A stretch of DNA of 64,000 nt from the human T2T-CHM13v2.0 reference genome, Homo sapiens: assembly GCF_009914755.1 (NCBI RefSeq), contig NC_060925.1, one strand, 5' to 3'. Each line of letters starts with the position of its first letter. Position 1 is the first letter of the stretch. Below the pieces are notes generated by a model that did no database searches, was not told where the DNA came from, and worked only from the letters and a program-made list of their open reading frames with translations. Below, in pieces: positions 42,751 through 56,642 of this stretch. The translations under genes were made by a program, and so were the position numbers.

Positions 42751-44856
42751 AGAATCATCGAATGGACCCGAATGGAATCATCTAATGGAATGGAATGGAA
42801 TAATCCATGGACTCGAATGCAATCATCATCGAATGGAATCGAATGGAATCATCGAATGGACTCGAATGGAATAATCATTGAACGGAATCGAATGGAATCA
42901 TCATCGGATGGAAATGAATGGAATCATCATCGAATGGAATCGAATAGAATTATGGAATGAAATCCAGTGTGACCATCATCGAATGGACCCGAATGGAATC
43001 ATCATCCAACGGAAGCTAATGGAATCAACATCGAATGAATCGAATGGAAACACCATCGAATTGAAACGAATGGAATTATCATGAAATTGAAATGGATGGA
43101 CTCATCATCGAATGGATTCGAATGGAATCATCGAATAAAATTGATTGAAATCATCATCCAATGGAATCGAATGGTATCATTGAATGGAATCGAATGGAAT
43201 CATCATCAGATGGAAATGAATGGAATCGTCATAGAATGGAATCGAGTGGATTCATTGAATGGAATCAGATGGAATCATCGAATGGACTGGAATGGAATCA
43301 TTGAATGGACTCGAAAGGGATCATGATTGAATGGAATTGAATGGAATCATCGAATGGTCTCGATTGGAATCATTATCAAATGGAATCGAATGGAATCACC
43401 GAATAGAATCGAATGGAACAATCATCGAATGGACTCAAATGGAATTATCCTCAAATGGAATCGAATGGAATTATCGAATGCAATCGAATGGAATTATCGA
43501 ATGCAATCGAATAGAATCATCGAAAGGACTCGAATGGAATCATCGAATGGAATGGAATGGAACAGTCAATGAACTCGAATGGAATCATCATTGAATGGAA
43601 TCCAATGGAATCATCGAGTGGAATCGAATGGAATTATGATCAAATGGAATCTAATGTAATCATCATCAAATGGAATCAAAAATAACCATCATCAATTGGT
43701 ATTGAATGGAATTGTCATCAAATGGAATTCAAAGGAATCATCATCAAATGGAACCGAATGGAATCCTCATTGAATGGAAATGAAAGGGGTCATCATCTAA
43801 TGGAATCGCATGGAATCATCATCAAATGGAATCGAATGGAATCATCATCAAATGGAATCTAATGGAATCATTGAACAGAATTGAATGGAATCGTCATCGA
43901 ATGAATTGAATGCAATCATCGAATGGTCTCGAATGGAATCATCTTCTAATGGAAAGGAATGGAATCATCGCATAGAATCGAATGGAATTATCATCGAATG
44001 GAATCGAATGGTATCAACACCAAACGGAAAAAAACGGAATTATCGAACGGAATCGAAGAGAATCTTCGAACGGACCCGAATGGAATCATCTAATGGAATG
44101 GAATGGAATAATCCATGGACTCGAATGCAATCATCATCGAATGGAATGGAATGGAATCATCGAATGGACTCGAATGGAATAATCATTGAACGGAATCGAA
44201 TGGAATCATCATTGGATGGAAACGAATGGAATCATCATCGAATGGAAATGAAAGGAGTCATCATCTAATGGAATTGCATGGAATCATCATCAAATGGAAT
44301 CGAATGGAATCAACATCAAATGGAATCAAATGGAATCATTGAACGGAATTGAATGGAATCGTCATCGAATGAATTGACTGCAATCATCGAATGGTCTCGA
44401 ATGGAATCATCTTCAAATGGAATGGAATGGAATCATCGCATAGAATCGAATGGAATTATCATCGAATGGAATCGAATGGAATCAACATCCAACGGAAAAA
44501 AACGGAATTATCGAATGGAATCGAAGAGAATCATCGAATGGACCCGAATGGAATCATCTAATGGAATGGAATGGAATAATCCATGGACTCGAATGCAATC
44601 ATCATCGAATGGAATCGAATGGAATCATCGAATGGACTCGAATGGAATAATCATTGAACGGAATCGAATGGAATCATCATCGGATGGAAATGAATGGAAT
44701 CATCATCGAATGGAATCGAATAGAATTATGGAATGAAATCCAGTGTGATCATCATCGAATGGACCCGAATGGAATCATCATCCAACGGAAGCTAATGGAA
44801 TCAACATCGAATGAATCGAATGGAAACACCATCGAATTGAAACGAATGGAATTATC

Positions 44857-47800
44857 ATGAAATTGAAATGGATGGACTCATCATCGAATGGATTCGAATG
44901 GAATCATCGAATAAAATTGATTGAAATCATCATCGAATGGAATCGAATGGTATCATTGAATGGAATCGAATGGAATCATCATCAGATGGAAATGAATGGA
45001 ATCGTCATAGAATGGAATCGAATGGATTCATTGAATGGAATCAGATGGAATCATCGAATGGACTGGAATGGAATCATTGAATGGACTCGAAAGGGATCAT
45101 GATTGAATGGAATTGAATGGAATCATCGAATGGTCTCGATTGGAATCATTATCAAATGGAATCGAATGGAATCACCGAATAGAATCGAATGGAACAATCA
45201 TCGAATGGACTCAAATGGAATTATCCTCCAATGGAATCGAATGGAATTATCGAATGCAATCGAATGGAATTATCGAATGCAATCGAATAGAATCATCGAA
45301 TGGACTCGAATGGAATCATCGAATGGAATGGAATGGAACAGTCAATGAACTCGAATGGAATCATCATTGAATGGAATCGAATGGAATCATCGAATGGAAT
45401 CGAATGGAATTATGATCAAATGGAATCGAATATAATCATCATCAAATGGAATCAAAAATAACCATCATCAATTGGTATTGAATGGAATTCTCATCAAATG
45501 GAATTCAAAGGAGTCATCATCAAATGGAACTGAATGGAATCCTCATTGAATGGAAATGAAAGGGGTCATCATCTAATGGAATCGCATGGAATCATCATCA
45601 AATGGAATCGAATGGAATCATCATCAAATGGAATCTGATGGAATCATTGAACAGAATTGAATGGAATCGTCATCGAATGAATTGAATGCAATCATCGAAT
45701 GGTCTCGAATGTAATCACATTCTAATGGAAAGGAATGGAATCATCGCATAGAATCGAATGGAATTAACATTGAATGGACTCGAATGGAATCAACATCAAA
45801 CGGAATCAAGCGGAATTATCGAATGGAATCGAAGAGAATCATCGAATGGTCTCGAATGGAATCATCTTCTAATGGAAAGGAATGGAATCATCGCAAAGAA
45901 TCGAATGGAATTAACATTGAATGGACTCGAATGGAATCAACATCAAATGGAATCAAACGGAATTATCGAATGAAATCGAAGAGAATCATTGAATGGACTC
46001 GAATGGAATCATCTAATGGAATGGAATGGAATAATCCACGGACTCGAATGCAATCATCATCGTATAGAATCGAATGGAATCATCGAATGGACTCGAATGG
46101 AATAACCATTGAACGGAATCGAATGGAATCATCATCGGATGGAAACGAATGGAATCATCATCGAATGGAAATGAAAGGAGTCATCATCTAATGGAATTGC
46201 ATGGAATCATCATCAAATGGAATCGAATGGAATCAACATCAAATGGAATCAAATGGAATCATTGAACGGAATTGAATGGAATCGTCTCGAATGAATTGAC
46301 TGCAATCATCGAATGGTCTCGAATGGAATCATCTTCAAATGGAATGGAATGGAATCATCGCATAGAATCGAATGGAATTATCATCGAATGGAATCGAATG
46401 GAATCAACATCAAACGGAAAAAAACGGAATTATCAAATGGAATCGAAGAGAATCATCGAATGGACCCGAATGGAATCATCTAATGGAATGGAATGGAATA
46501 ATCCATGGACTCGAATGCAATCATCATCGAATGGAATCGAATGGAATCATCGAATGGACTCGAATGGAATAATCATTGAACGGAATCGAATGGAATCATC
46601 ATCGGATGGAAATGAATGGAATCATCATCGAATGGAATCGAATAGAATTATGGAATGAAATCCAGTGTGATCATCATCGAATGGACCCGAATGGAATCAT
46701 CATCCAACGGAAGCTAATGGAATCAACATCGAATGAATCAAATGGAAACACCATCGAATTGAAACGAATGGAATTATCATGAAATTGAAATGGATGGACT
46801 CATCATGGAATGGATTCGAATGGAATCATCGAATAAAATTGATTGAAATCATCATCGAATGGAATCGAGTGGTATCATTGAATGGAATCGAATGGAATCA
46901 ACATCAGATGGAAATGAATGGAATCGTCATAGAATGGAATCGAATGGATTCATTGAATGGAATCAGATGGAATCATCGAATGGACTGGAATGGAATCATT
47001 GAATGGACTCGAAAGGGATCATGATTGAATGGAATTGAATGGAATCATCGAATGGTCTCGATTGGAATCATTATCAAATGGAATCGAATGGAATCACCGA
47101 ATAGAATCGAATGGAACAATCATCGAATGGACTCAAAAGGAATTATCCTCAAATGGAATCGAATGGAATTATCGAATGCAATCGAATGGAATTATCGAAT
47201 GCAATCGAATAGAATCATCGAATGGACTCGAATGGAATCATCGAATGGAATGGAATGGAACAGTCAATGAACTCGAATGGAATCATCATTGAATGGAATC
47301 GAATGGAATCATCGAGTGGAATCGAATGGAATTATGATCAAATGGAATCGAATGTAATCATCATCAAATGGAATCAAAAATAACCATCATCAATTGGTAT
47401 TGAATGGAATTGTCATCAAATGGAATTCAAAGGAATCATCATCAAATGGAACCGAATGGAATCCTCATTGAATGGAAATGAAAGGGGTCATCATCTAATG
47501 GAATCGCATGGAATCATCATCAAATGGAATCGAATGGAATCATCATCAAATGGAATCTAATGGAATCATTGAACAGAATTGAATGGAATCGTCATCGAAT
47601 GAATTGAATGCAATCATCGAATGGTCTCGAATGGAATCATCTTCTAATGCAAAGGAATGGAATCATCGCATAGAATCGAATGGAATTATCATCGAATGGA
47701 ATCGAATTGTATCAACACCAAACGGAAAAAAACGGAATTATCGAATGGAATCGAAGAGAATCTTCGAACGGACCCGAATGGAATCATCTAATGGAATGGA

Positions 47801-50720
47801 ATGGAATAATCCATGGACTCGAATGCAATCATCATCGAATGGAATCGAATGGAATCATCGAATGGACTCGAATGGAATAATCATTGAACGGAATCGAATG
47901 GAATCATCATCGGATGGAAACGAATGGAATCATCATCGAATGGAAATGAAAGGAGTCATCATCTAATGGAATTGCATGGAATCATCATAAAATGGAATCG
48001 AATGGAATCAACATCAAATGGAATCAAATGGAATCATTGAACGGAATTGAATGGAATCGTCATCGAATGAATTGACTGCAATCATCGAATGGTCTCGAAT
48101 GGAATCATGTTCAAATGGAATGGAATGGAATCATCGCATAGAATCGAATGGAATTATCATCGAATGGAATCGAATGGAATCAACATCAAACGGAAAAAAA
48201 CGGAATTATCGAATGGAATCGAAGAGAATCATCGAATGGACCCGAATGGAATCATCTAATGGAATGGAATGGAATAATCCATGGACTCGAATGCAATCAT
48301 CATCGAATGGAATCGAATGGAATCATCGAATGGACTCGAATGGAATAATCATTGAACGGAATCGAATGGAATCATCATCGGATGGAAATGAATGGAATCA
48401 TCATCGAATGGAATCGAATAGAATTATGGAATGAAATCCAGTGTGATCATCATCGAATGGACCCGAATGGAATCATCATCCAACGGAAGCTAATGGAATC
48501 AACATCGAATGAATCGAATGGAAACACCATCGAATTGAAACGAATGGAATTATCATGAAATTGAAATGGATGGACTCATCATCGAATGGATTCGAATGGA
48601 ATCATCGAATAAAATTGATTGAAATCATCATCCAATGGAATCGAATGGTATCATTGAATGGAATCGAATGGAATCATCATCAGATGGAAATGAATGGAAT
48701 CGTCATAGAATGGAATCGAATGGATTCATTGAATGGAATCAGATGGAATCATCGAATGGACTGGAATGGAATCATTGAATAGACTCGAAAGGGATCATTA
48801 TTGAATGGAATTGAATGGAATCATCGAATGGTCTCGATTGGAATCATTATCAAATGGAATCGAATGGAATCACCGAATAGAATCGAATGGAACAATCATC
48901 GAATGGACTCAAATGGAATTATCCTCCAATGGAATCGAATGGAATTATCGAATGCAATCGAATGGAATTATCGAATGCAATCGAATAGAATCATCGAATG
49001 GACTCGAATGGAATCATCGAATGGAATGGAATGGAACAGTCAATGAACTCGAATGGAATCATCATTGAATGGAATCGAATGGAATCATCGAATGGAATCG
49101 AATGGAATTATGATCAAATGGAATCGAATATAATCATCATCAAATGGAATCAAAAATAACCATCATCAATTGGTATTGAATGGAATTCTCATCAAATGGA
49201 ATTCAAAGGAGTCATCATCAAATGGAACTGAATGGAATCCTCATTGAATGGAAATGAAAGGGGTCATCATCTAATGGAATCGCATGGAATCATCATCAAA
49301 TGGAATCGAATGGAATCATCATCAAATGGAATCTGATGGAATCATTGAACAGAATTGAATGGAATCGTCATCGAATGAATTGAATGCAATCATCGAATGG
49401 TCTCGAATGTAATCACATTCTAATGGAAAGGAATGGAATCATCGCATAGAATCGAATGGAATTAACATTGAATGGACTCGAATGGAATCAACATCAAACG
49501 GAATCAAGCGGAATTATCGAATGGAATCGAAGAGAATCATCGAATGGTCTCGAATGGAATCATCTTCTAATGGAAAGGAATGGAATCATCGCATAGAATC
49601 GAATGGAATTAACATTGAATGGACTCGAATGGAATCAACATCAAATGGAATCAAACGGAATTATCGAATGAAATCGAAGAGAATCATTGAATGGACTCGA
49701 ATGGAATCATCTAATGGAATGGAATGGAATAATCCACGGACTCGAATGCAATCATCATCGTATAGAATCGAATGGAATCATCGAATGGACTCGAATGGAA
49801 TAACCATTGAACGGAATCGAGTGGAATCATCATCGGATGGAAACGAATGGAATCATCATCGAATGGAAATGAAAGGAGTCATCATCTAATGGAATTGCAT
49901 GGAATCATCATAAAATGGAATCGAATGGAATCAACATCAAATGGAATCAAATGGAATCATTGAACGGAATTGAATGGAATCGTCTCGAATGAATTGACTG
50001 CAATCATCGAATGGTCTCGAATGGAATCATCTTCAAATGGAATGGAATGGAATCATCGCATAGAATCGAATGGAATTATCATCGAATGGAATCGAATGGA
50101 ATCAACATCAAACGGAAAAAAACGGAATTATCAAATGGAATCGAAGAGAATCATCGAATGGACCCGAATGGAATCATCTAATGGAATGGAATGGAATAAT
50201 CCATGGACTCGAATGCAATCATCATCGAATGGAATCGAATGGAATCATCGAATGGACTCGAATGGAATAATCATTGAACGGAATCGAATGGAATCATCAT
50301 CGGATGGAAATGAATGGAATCATCATCGAATGGAATCGAATAGAATTATGGAATGAAATCCAGTGTGATCATCATCGAATGGACCCGAATGGAATCATCA
50401 TCCAACGGAAGCTAATGGAATCAACATCGAATGAATCAAATGGAAACACCATCGAATTGAAACGAATGGAATTATCATGAAATTGAAATGGATGGACTCA
50501 TCATCGAATGGATTCGAATGGAATCATCGAATAAAATTGATTGAAATCATCATCGAATGGAATCGAGTGGTATCATTGAATGGAATCGAATGGAATCAAC
50601 ATCAGATGGAAATGAATGGAATCGTCATAGAATGGAATCGAATGGATTCATTGAATGGAATCAGATGGAATCATCGAATGGACTGAAATGGAATCATTGA
50701 ATGGACTCGAAAGGGATCAT
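44857..50720 (+). repeat. Alternating 1922/1776 bp units forming a 3698 bp dimer
   Basis: Spacings 1922-1776-1922; ORF echoes 45784/49482 and 46779/50477 are 3698 apart. Confidence 0.87.
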
Positions 50721-52252
50721 GATTGAATGGAATTGAATGGAATCATCGAATGGTCTCGATTGGAATCATTATCAAATGGAATCGAATGGAATCACCGAAT
50801 AGAATCGAATGGAACAATCATCGAATGGACTCAAATGGAATTATCCTCAAATGGAATCGAATGGAATTATCGAATGCAATCGAATGGAATTATCGAATGC
50901 AATCGAATAGAATCATCGAATGGACTCGAATGGAATCATCGAATGGAATGGAATGGAACAGTCAATGAACTCGAATGGAATCATCATTGAATGGAATCGA
51001 ATGGAATCATCGAGTGGAATCGAATGGAATTATGATCAAATGGAATCGAATGTAATCATCATCAAATGGAATCAAAAATAACCATCATCAATTGGTATTG
51101 AATGGAATTGTCATCAAATGGAATTCAAAGGAATCATCATCAAATGGAACCGAATGGAATCCTCATTGAATGGAAATGAAAGGGGTCATCATCTAATGGA
51201 ATCGCATGGAATCATCATCAAATGGAATCGAATAGAATCATCATCAAATGGAATCTAATGGAATCATTGAACAGAATTGAATGGAATCGTCATCGAATGA
51301 ATTGAATGCAATCATCGAATGGTCTCGAATGGAATCATCTTCTAATGGAAAGGAATGGAATCATCGCATAGAATCGAATGGGATTATCATCGAATGGAAT
51401 CGAATGGTATCAACACCAAACGGAAAAAAACGGAATTATCGAATGGAATCGAAGAGAATCTTCGAACGGACCCGAATGGAATCATCTAATGGAATGGAAT
51501 GGAATAATCCATGGACTCGAATGCAATCATCATCGAATGGAATCGAATGGAATCATCGAATGGACTCGAATGGAATAATCATTGAACGGAATCGATTGGA
51601 ATCATCATCGGATGGAAACGAATGGAATCATCATGGAATGGAAATGAAAGGAGTCATCATCTAATGGAATTGCATGGAATCATCATAAAATGGAATCGAA
51701 TGGAAACAACATCAAATGGAATCAAATGGAATCATTGAACGGAATTGAATGGAATCGTCATCGAATGAATTGACTGCAATCATCCAATGGTCTCGAATGG
51801 AATCATCTTCAAATGGAATGGAATGGAATCATCGCATAGAATCGAATGGAATTATCATCGAATGGAATCGAATGGAATCAACATCCAACGGAAAAAAACG
51901 GAATTATCGAATGGAATCGAAGAGAATCATCGAATGGACCCGAATGGAATCATCTAATGGAATGGAATGGAATAATCCATGGACTCGAATGCAATCATCA
52001 TCGAATGGAATCGAATGGAATCATCGAATGGACTCGAATGGAATAATCATTGAACGGAATCGAATGGAATCATCATCGGATGGAAATGAATGGAATCATC
52101 ATCGAATGGAATCGAATAGAATTATGGAATGAAATCCAGTGTGATCATCATCGAATGGACCCGAATGGAATCATCATCCAACGGAAGCTAATGGAATCAA
52201 CATCGAATGAATCAAATGGAAACACCATCGAATTGAAACGAATGGAATTACC

Positions 52253-55200
52253 ATGAAATTGAAATGGATGGACTCATCATCGAATGGATTCGAATGGAAT
52301 CATCGAATAAAATTGATTGAAATCATCATCGAATGGAATCGAATGGTATCATTGAATGGAATCGAATGGAATCATCATCAGATGGAAATGAATGGAATCG
52401 TCATAGAATGGAATCGAATGGATTCATTGAATGGAATCAGATGGAATCATCGAATGGACTGGAATGGAATCATTGAATGGACTCGAAAGGGATCATTATT
52501 GAATGGAATTGAATGGAATCATCGAATGGTCTCGATTGGAATCATTATCAAACGGAATCTAATGGAATCACCGAATAGAATCGAATGGAACAATCATCGA
52601 ATGGACTCAAATGGAATTATCCTCAAATGGAATCGAATGGAATTATCGAATGCAATCGAATGGAATTATCGAATGCAATCGAATAGAATCATCGAATGGA
52701 CTCGAATGGAATCATCGAATGGAATGGAATGGAACAGTCAATGAACTCGAATGGAATCATCATTGAATAGAATCGAATGGAATCATCGAGTGGAATCGAA
52801 TGTAATCATCATCAAATGGAATCAAAAATAACCATCATTAAATGGAATCAAAAATAACCATCATCAATTGGTATTGAATGGAATTCTCATCAAATGGAAT
52901 TCAAAGGAATCATCATCATATGGAACCGAATGGAATCCTCATTGAATGGAAATGAAAGGGGTTATCATCTAATGGAATCGCATGGAATCATCATAAAATG
53001 GAATCGAATGGAATCAACATCAAATGGAATCAAATGGAATCATTGAACGGAATTGAATGGAATCGTCATCGAATGAATTGAATGCAATCATCGAATGGTC
53101 TCGAATGGAATCATCTTCAAATGGAATGGAATGGAATCATCGCATAGAATCGAATGGAATTATCATCGAATGGAATCGAATGGAATCAACATCAAACGGA
53201 AAAAAACGGAATTATCGAATGGAATCGAAGAGAATCATCGAATGGACCCGAATGGAATCATCTAATGGAATGGAATGGAATAATCCATGGACTCGAATGC
53301 AATCATCATCGAATGGAATCGAATGGAATCATCGAATGGACTCGAATGGAATAATCATTGAACGGAATCGAATGGAATCATCATCGGATGGAAACGAATG
53401 GAATCATCATCGAATGGAATCAAATAGAATTATGGAATGAAATCCAGTGTGATCATCATCGAATGGACCCGAATGGAATCATCATCCAACGGAAGCTAAT
53501 GGAATCAACATCGAATGAATCAAATGGAAACACCATCGAATTGAAACGAATGGAATTACCATGAAATTGAAATGGATGGACTCATCATCAAATGGATTCG
53601 AATGGAATCATCGAATAAAATTGATTGAAATCATCATCGAATGGAATTGAATGGTATCATTGAATGGAATCGAATGGAATCATCATCAGATGGAAATGAA
53701 TGGAATCGTCATAGAATGGAATCGAATGGATTCATTGAATGGAATCAGATGGAATCATGGAATGGACTGGAATGGAATCATTGAATGGACTCGAAAGGGA
53801 TCATTATTGAATGGAATTGAATGGAATCATCGAATGGTCTCGATTGGAATCATTATCAAATGGAATCGAATGGAATCACCGAATAGAATCGAATGGAACA
53901 ATCATCGAATGGACTCAAATGGAATTATCCTCCAATGGAATCGAATGGAATTATCGAATGCAATCGAATGGAATTATCGAATGCAATCGAATAGAATCAT
54001 CGAATGGACTCGAATGGAATCATCGAATGGATTGATGGAACAGTCAATGAACTCGAATGGAATCATCATTGAATGGAATCGAATGGAATCATCGAGTGGA
54101 ATCGAAAGGAATTATGACCAAATGGAATCGAATGTAATCATCATCAAATGGAATCCAAAATAACCATCATCAATTGGTATTGAATGGAATTGTCATCAAA
54201 TGGAATTCAAAGGAATCATCATCAAATGGAACCGAATGGAATCCTCATTGAATGGAAATGAAAGGGGTCATCATCTAATGGAATCGCATGGAATCATCAT
54301 CAAATGGAATCGAATGGAATCATCATCAAATGGAATCAAATGGAATCATTGAACAGAATTGAATGGAATGGTCATCGAATGAGTTGAATGCAATCATCGA
54401 ATGGTCTCGAATGGAATCATCTTCTAATGGAAAGGAATGGAATCATCGCATAGAATCGAATGGAATTATCATCGAATGGAATCGAATGGTATCAACACCA
54501 AACGGAAAAAAACGGAATTATCGAATGGAATCGAAGAGAATCTTCGAACGGACCCGAATGGAATCATCTAATGGAATGGAATGGAATAATCCATGGACTC
54601 GAATGCAATCATCATCGAATGGAATCGAATGGAATCATCGAATGGACTCGAATGGAATAATCATTGAACGGAATCCAATGGAATCATCATCGGATGGAAA
54701 CGAATGGAATCATCATCGAATGGAAATGAAAGGAGTCATCATCTAATGGAATTGCATGGAATCATCATAAAATGGAATCGAATGGAATCAACATCAAATG
54801 GAATCAAATGGAATCATTGAACGGAATTGAATGGAATCGTCATCGAATGAATTGACTGCAATCATCGAATGGTCTCGAATGGAATCATCTTCAAATGTAA
54901 TGGAATGGAATCATCGCATAGAATCGAATGGAATTATCATCGAATGGAATCGAATGGAATCAACATCAAACGGAAAAAAACGGAATTATCGAATGGAATC
55001 GAAGAGAATCATCGAATGGACCCGAATGGAATCATCTAATGGAATGGAATGGAATAATCCATGGACTCGAATGCAATCATCATCGAATGGAATCGAATGG
55101 AATCATCGAATGGACTCGAATGGAATAATCATTGAACGGAATCGAATGGAATCATCATCGGATGGAAATGAATGGAATCATCATCGAATGGAATCAAATA

Positions 55201-56642
55201 GAATTATGGAATGAAATCCAGTGTGATCATCATCGAATGGACCCGAATGGAATCATCATCCAACGGAAGCTAATGGAATCAACATCGAATGAATCAAATG
55301 GAAACACCATCGAATTGAAACGAATGGAATTACCATGAAATTGAAATGGATGGACTCATCATCAAATGGATTCGAATGGAATCATCGAATAAAATTGATT
55401 GAAATCATCATCGAATGGAATCGAATGGTATCATTGAATGGAATCGAATGGAATCATCATCAGATGGAAATGAATGGAATCGTCATAGAATGGAATCGAA
55501 TGGATTCATTGAATGGAATCAGATGGAATCATCGAATGGACTGGAATGGAATCATTGAATGGACTCGAAAGGGATCATTATTGAATGGAATTGAATGGAA
55601 TCATCGAATGGTCTCGATTGGAATCATTATCAAACGGAATCGAATGGAATCACCGAATAGAATCGAATGGAACAATCATCGAATGGACTCAAATGGAATT
55701 ATCCTCAAATGGAATCGAATGGAATTATCGAATGCAATCGAATGGAATTATCGAATGCAATCGAATAGAATCATCGAATGGACTCGAATGGAATCATCGA
55801 ATGGAATGGAATGGAACAGTCAATGAACTCGAATGGAATCATCATTGAATGGAATCGAATGGAATCATCGAGTGGAATCGAATGTAATCATCATCAAATG
55901 GAATCAAAAATAACCATCATCAAATGGAATCAAAAATAACCATCATCAATTGGTATTGAATGGAATTCTCATCAAATGGAATTCAAAGGAATCATCATCA
56001 AATGGAACCGAATGGAATCCTCATTGAATGGAAATGAAAGGGGTCATCATCTAATGGAATCGCATGGAATCATCATAAAATGGAATCGAATGGAATCAAC
56101 ATCAAATGGAATCAAATGGAATCATTGAACGGAATTGAATGGAATCGTCATCGAATGAATTGAATGCAATCATCGAATGGTCTCGAATGGAATCATCTTC
56201 AAATGGAATGGAATGGAATCATCGCATAGAATCGAATGGAATTATCATCGAATGGAATCGAATGGAATCAACATCAAACGGAAAAAAACGGAATTATCGA
56301 ATGGAATCGAAGAGAATCATCGAATGGACCCGAATGGAATCATCTAATGGAATGGAATGGAATAATCCATGGACTCGAATGCAATCATCATCGAATGGAA
56401 TCGAATGGAATCATCGAATGGACTCGAATGGAATAATCATTGAACGGAATAGAATGGAATCATCATCGGATGGAAATGAATGGAATCGTCATCGAATGGA
56501 CTCGAATAGAATTATGGAATGAAATCCAGTGTGATCATCATCGAATGGACCCGAATGGAATCATCATCCAACGGAAGCTAATGGAATCAACATCGAATGA
56601 ATCAAATGGAAACACCATCGAATTGAAACGAATGGAATTACC
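52253..56642 (+). repeat. Two 1308 bp units (one 468 bp sub-repeat lost) flanking a 1774 bp unit; 3082 bp period
   Basis: Spacings 1308, 1774, 1308. Short units have a single hybrid sub-repeat (A-type GGGGT start, B-type body). The 1774 unit has ATTGATGGAA at 54031 instead of AATGGAATGGAA. Confidence 0.9.
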
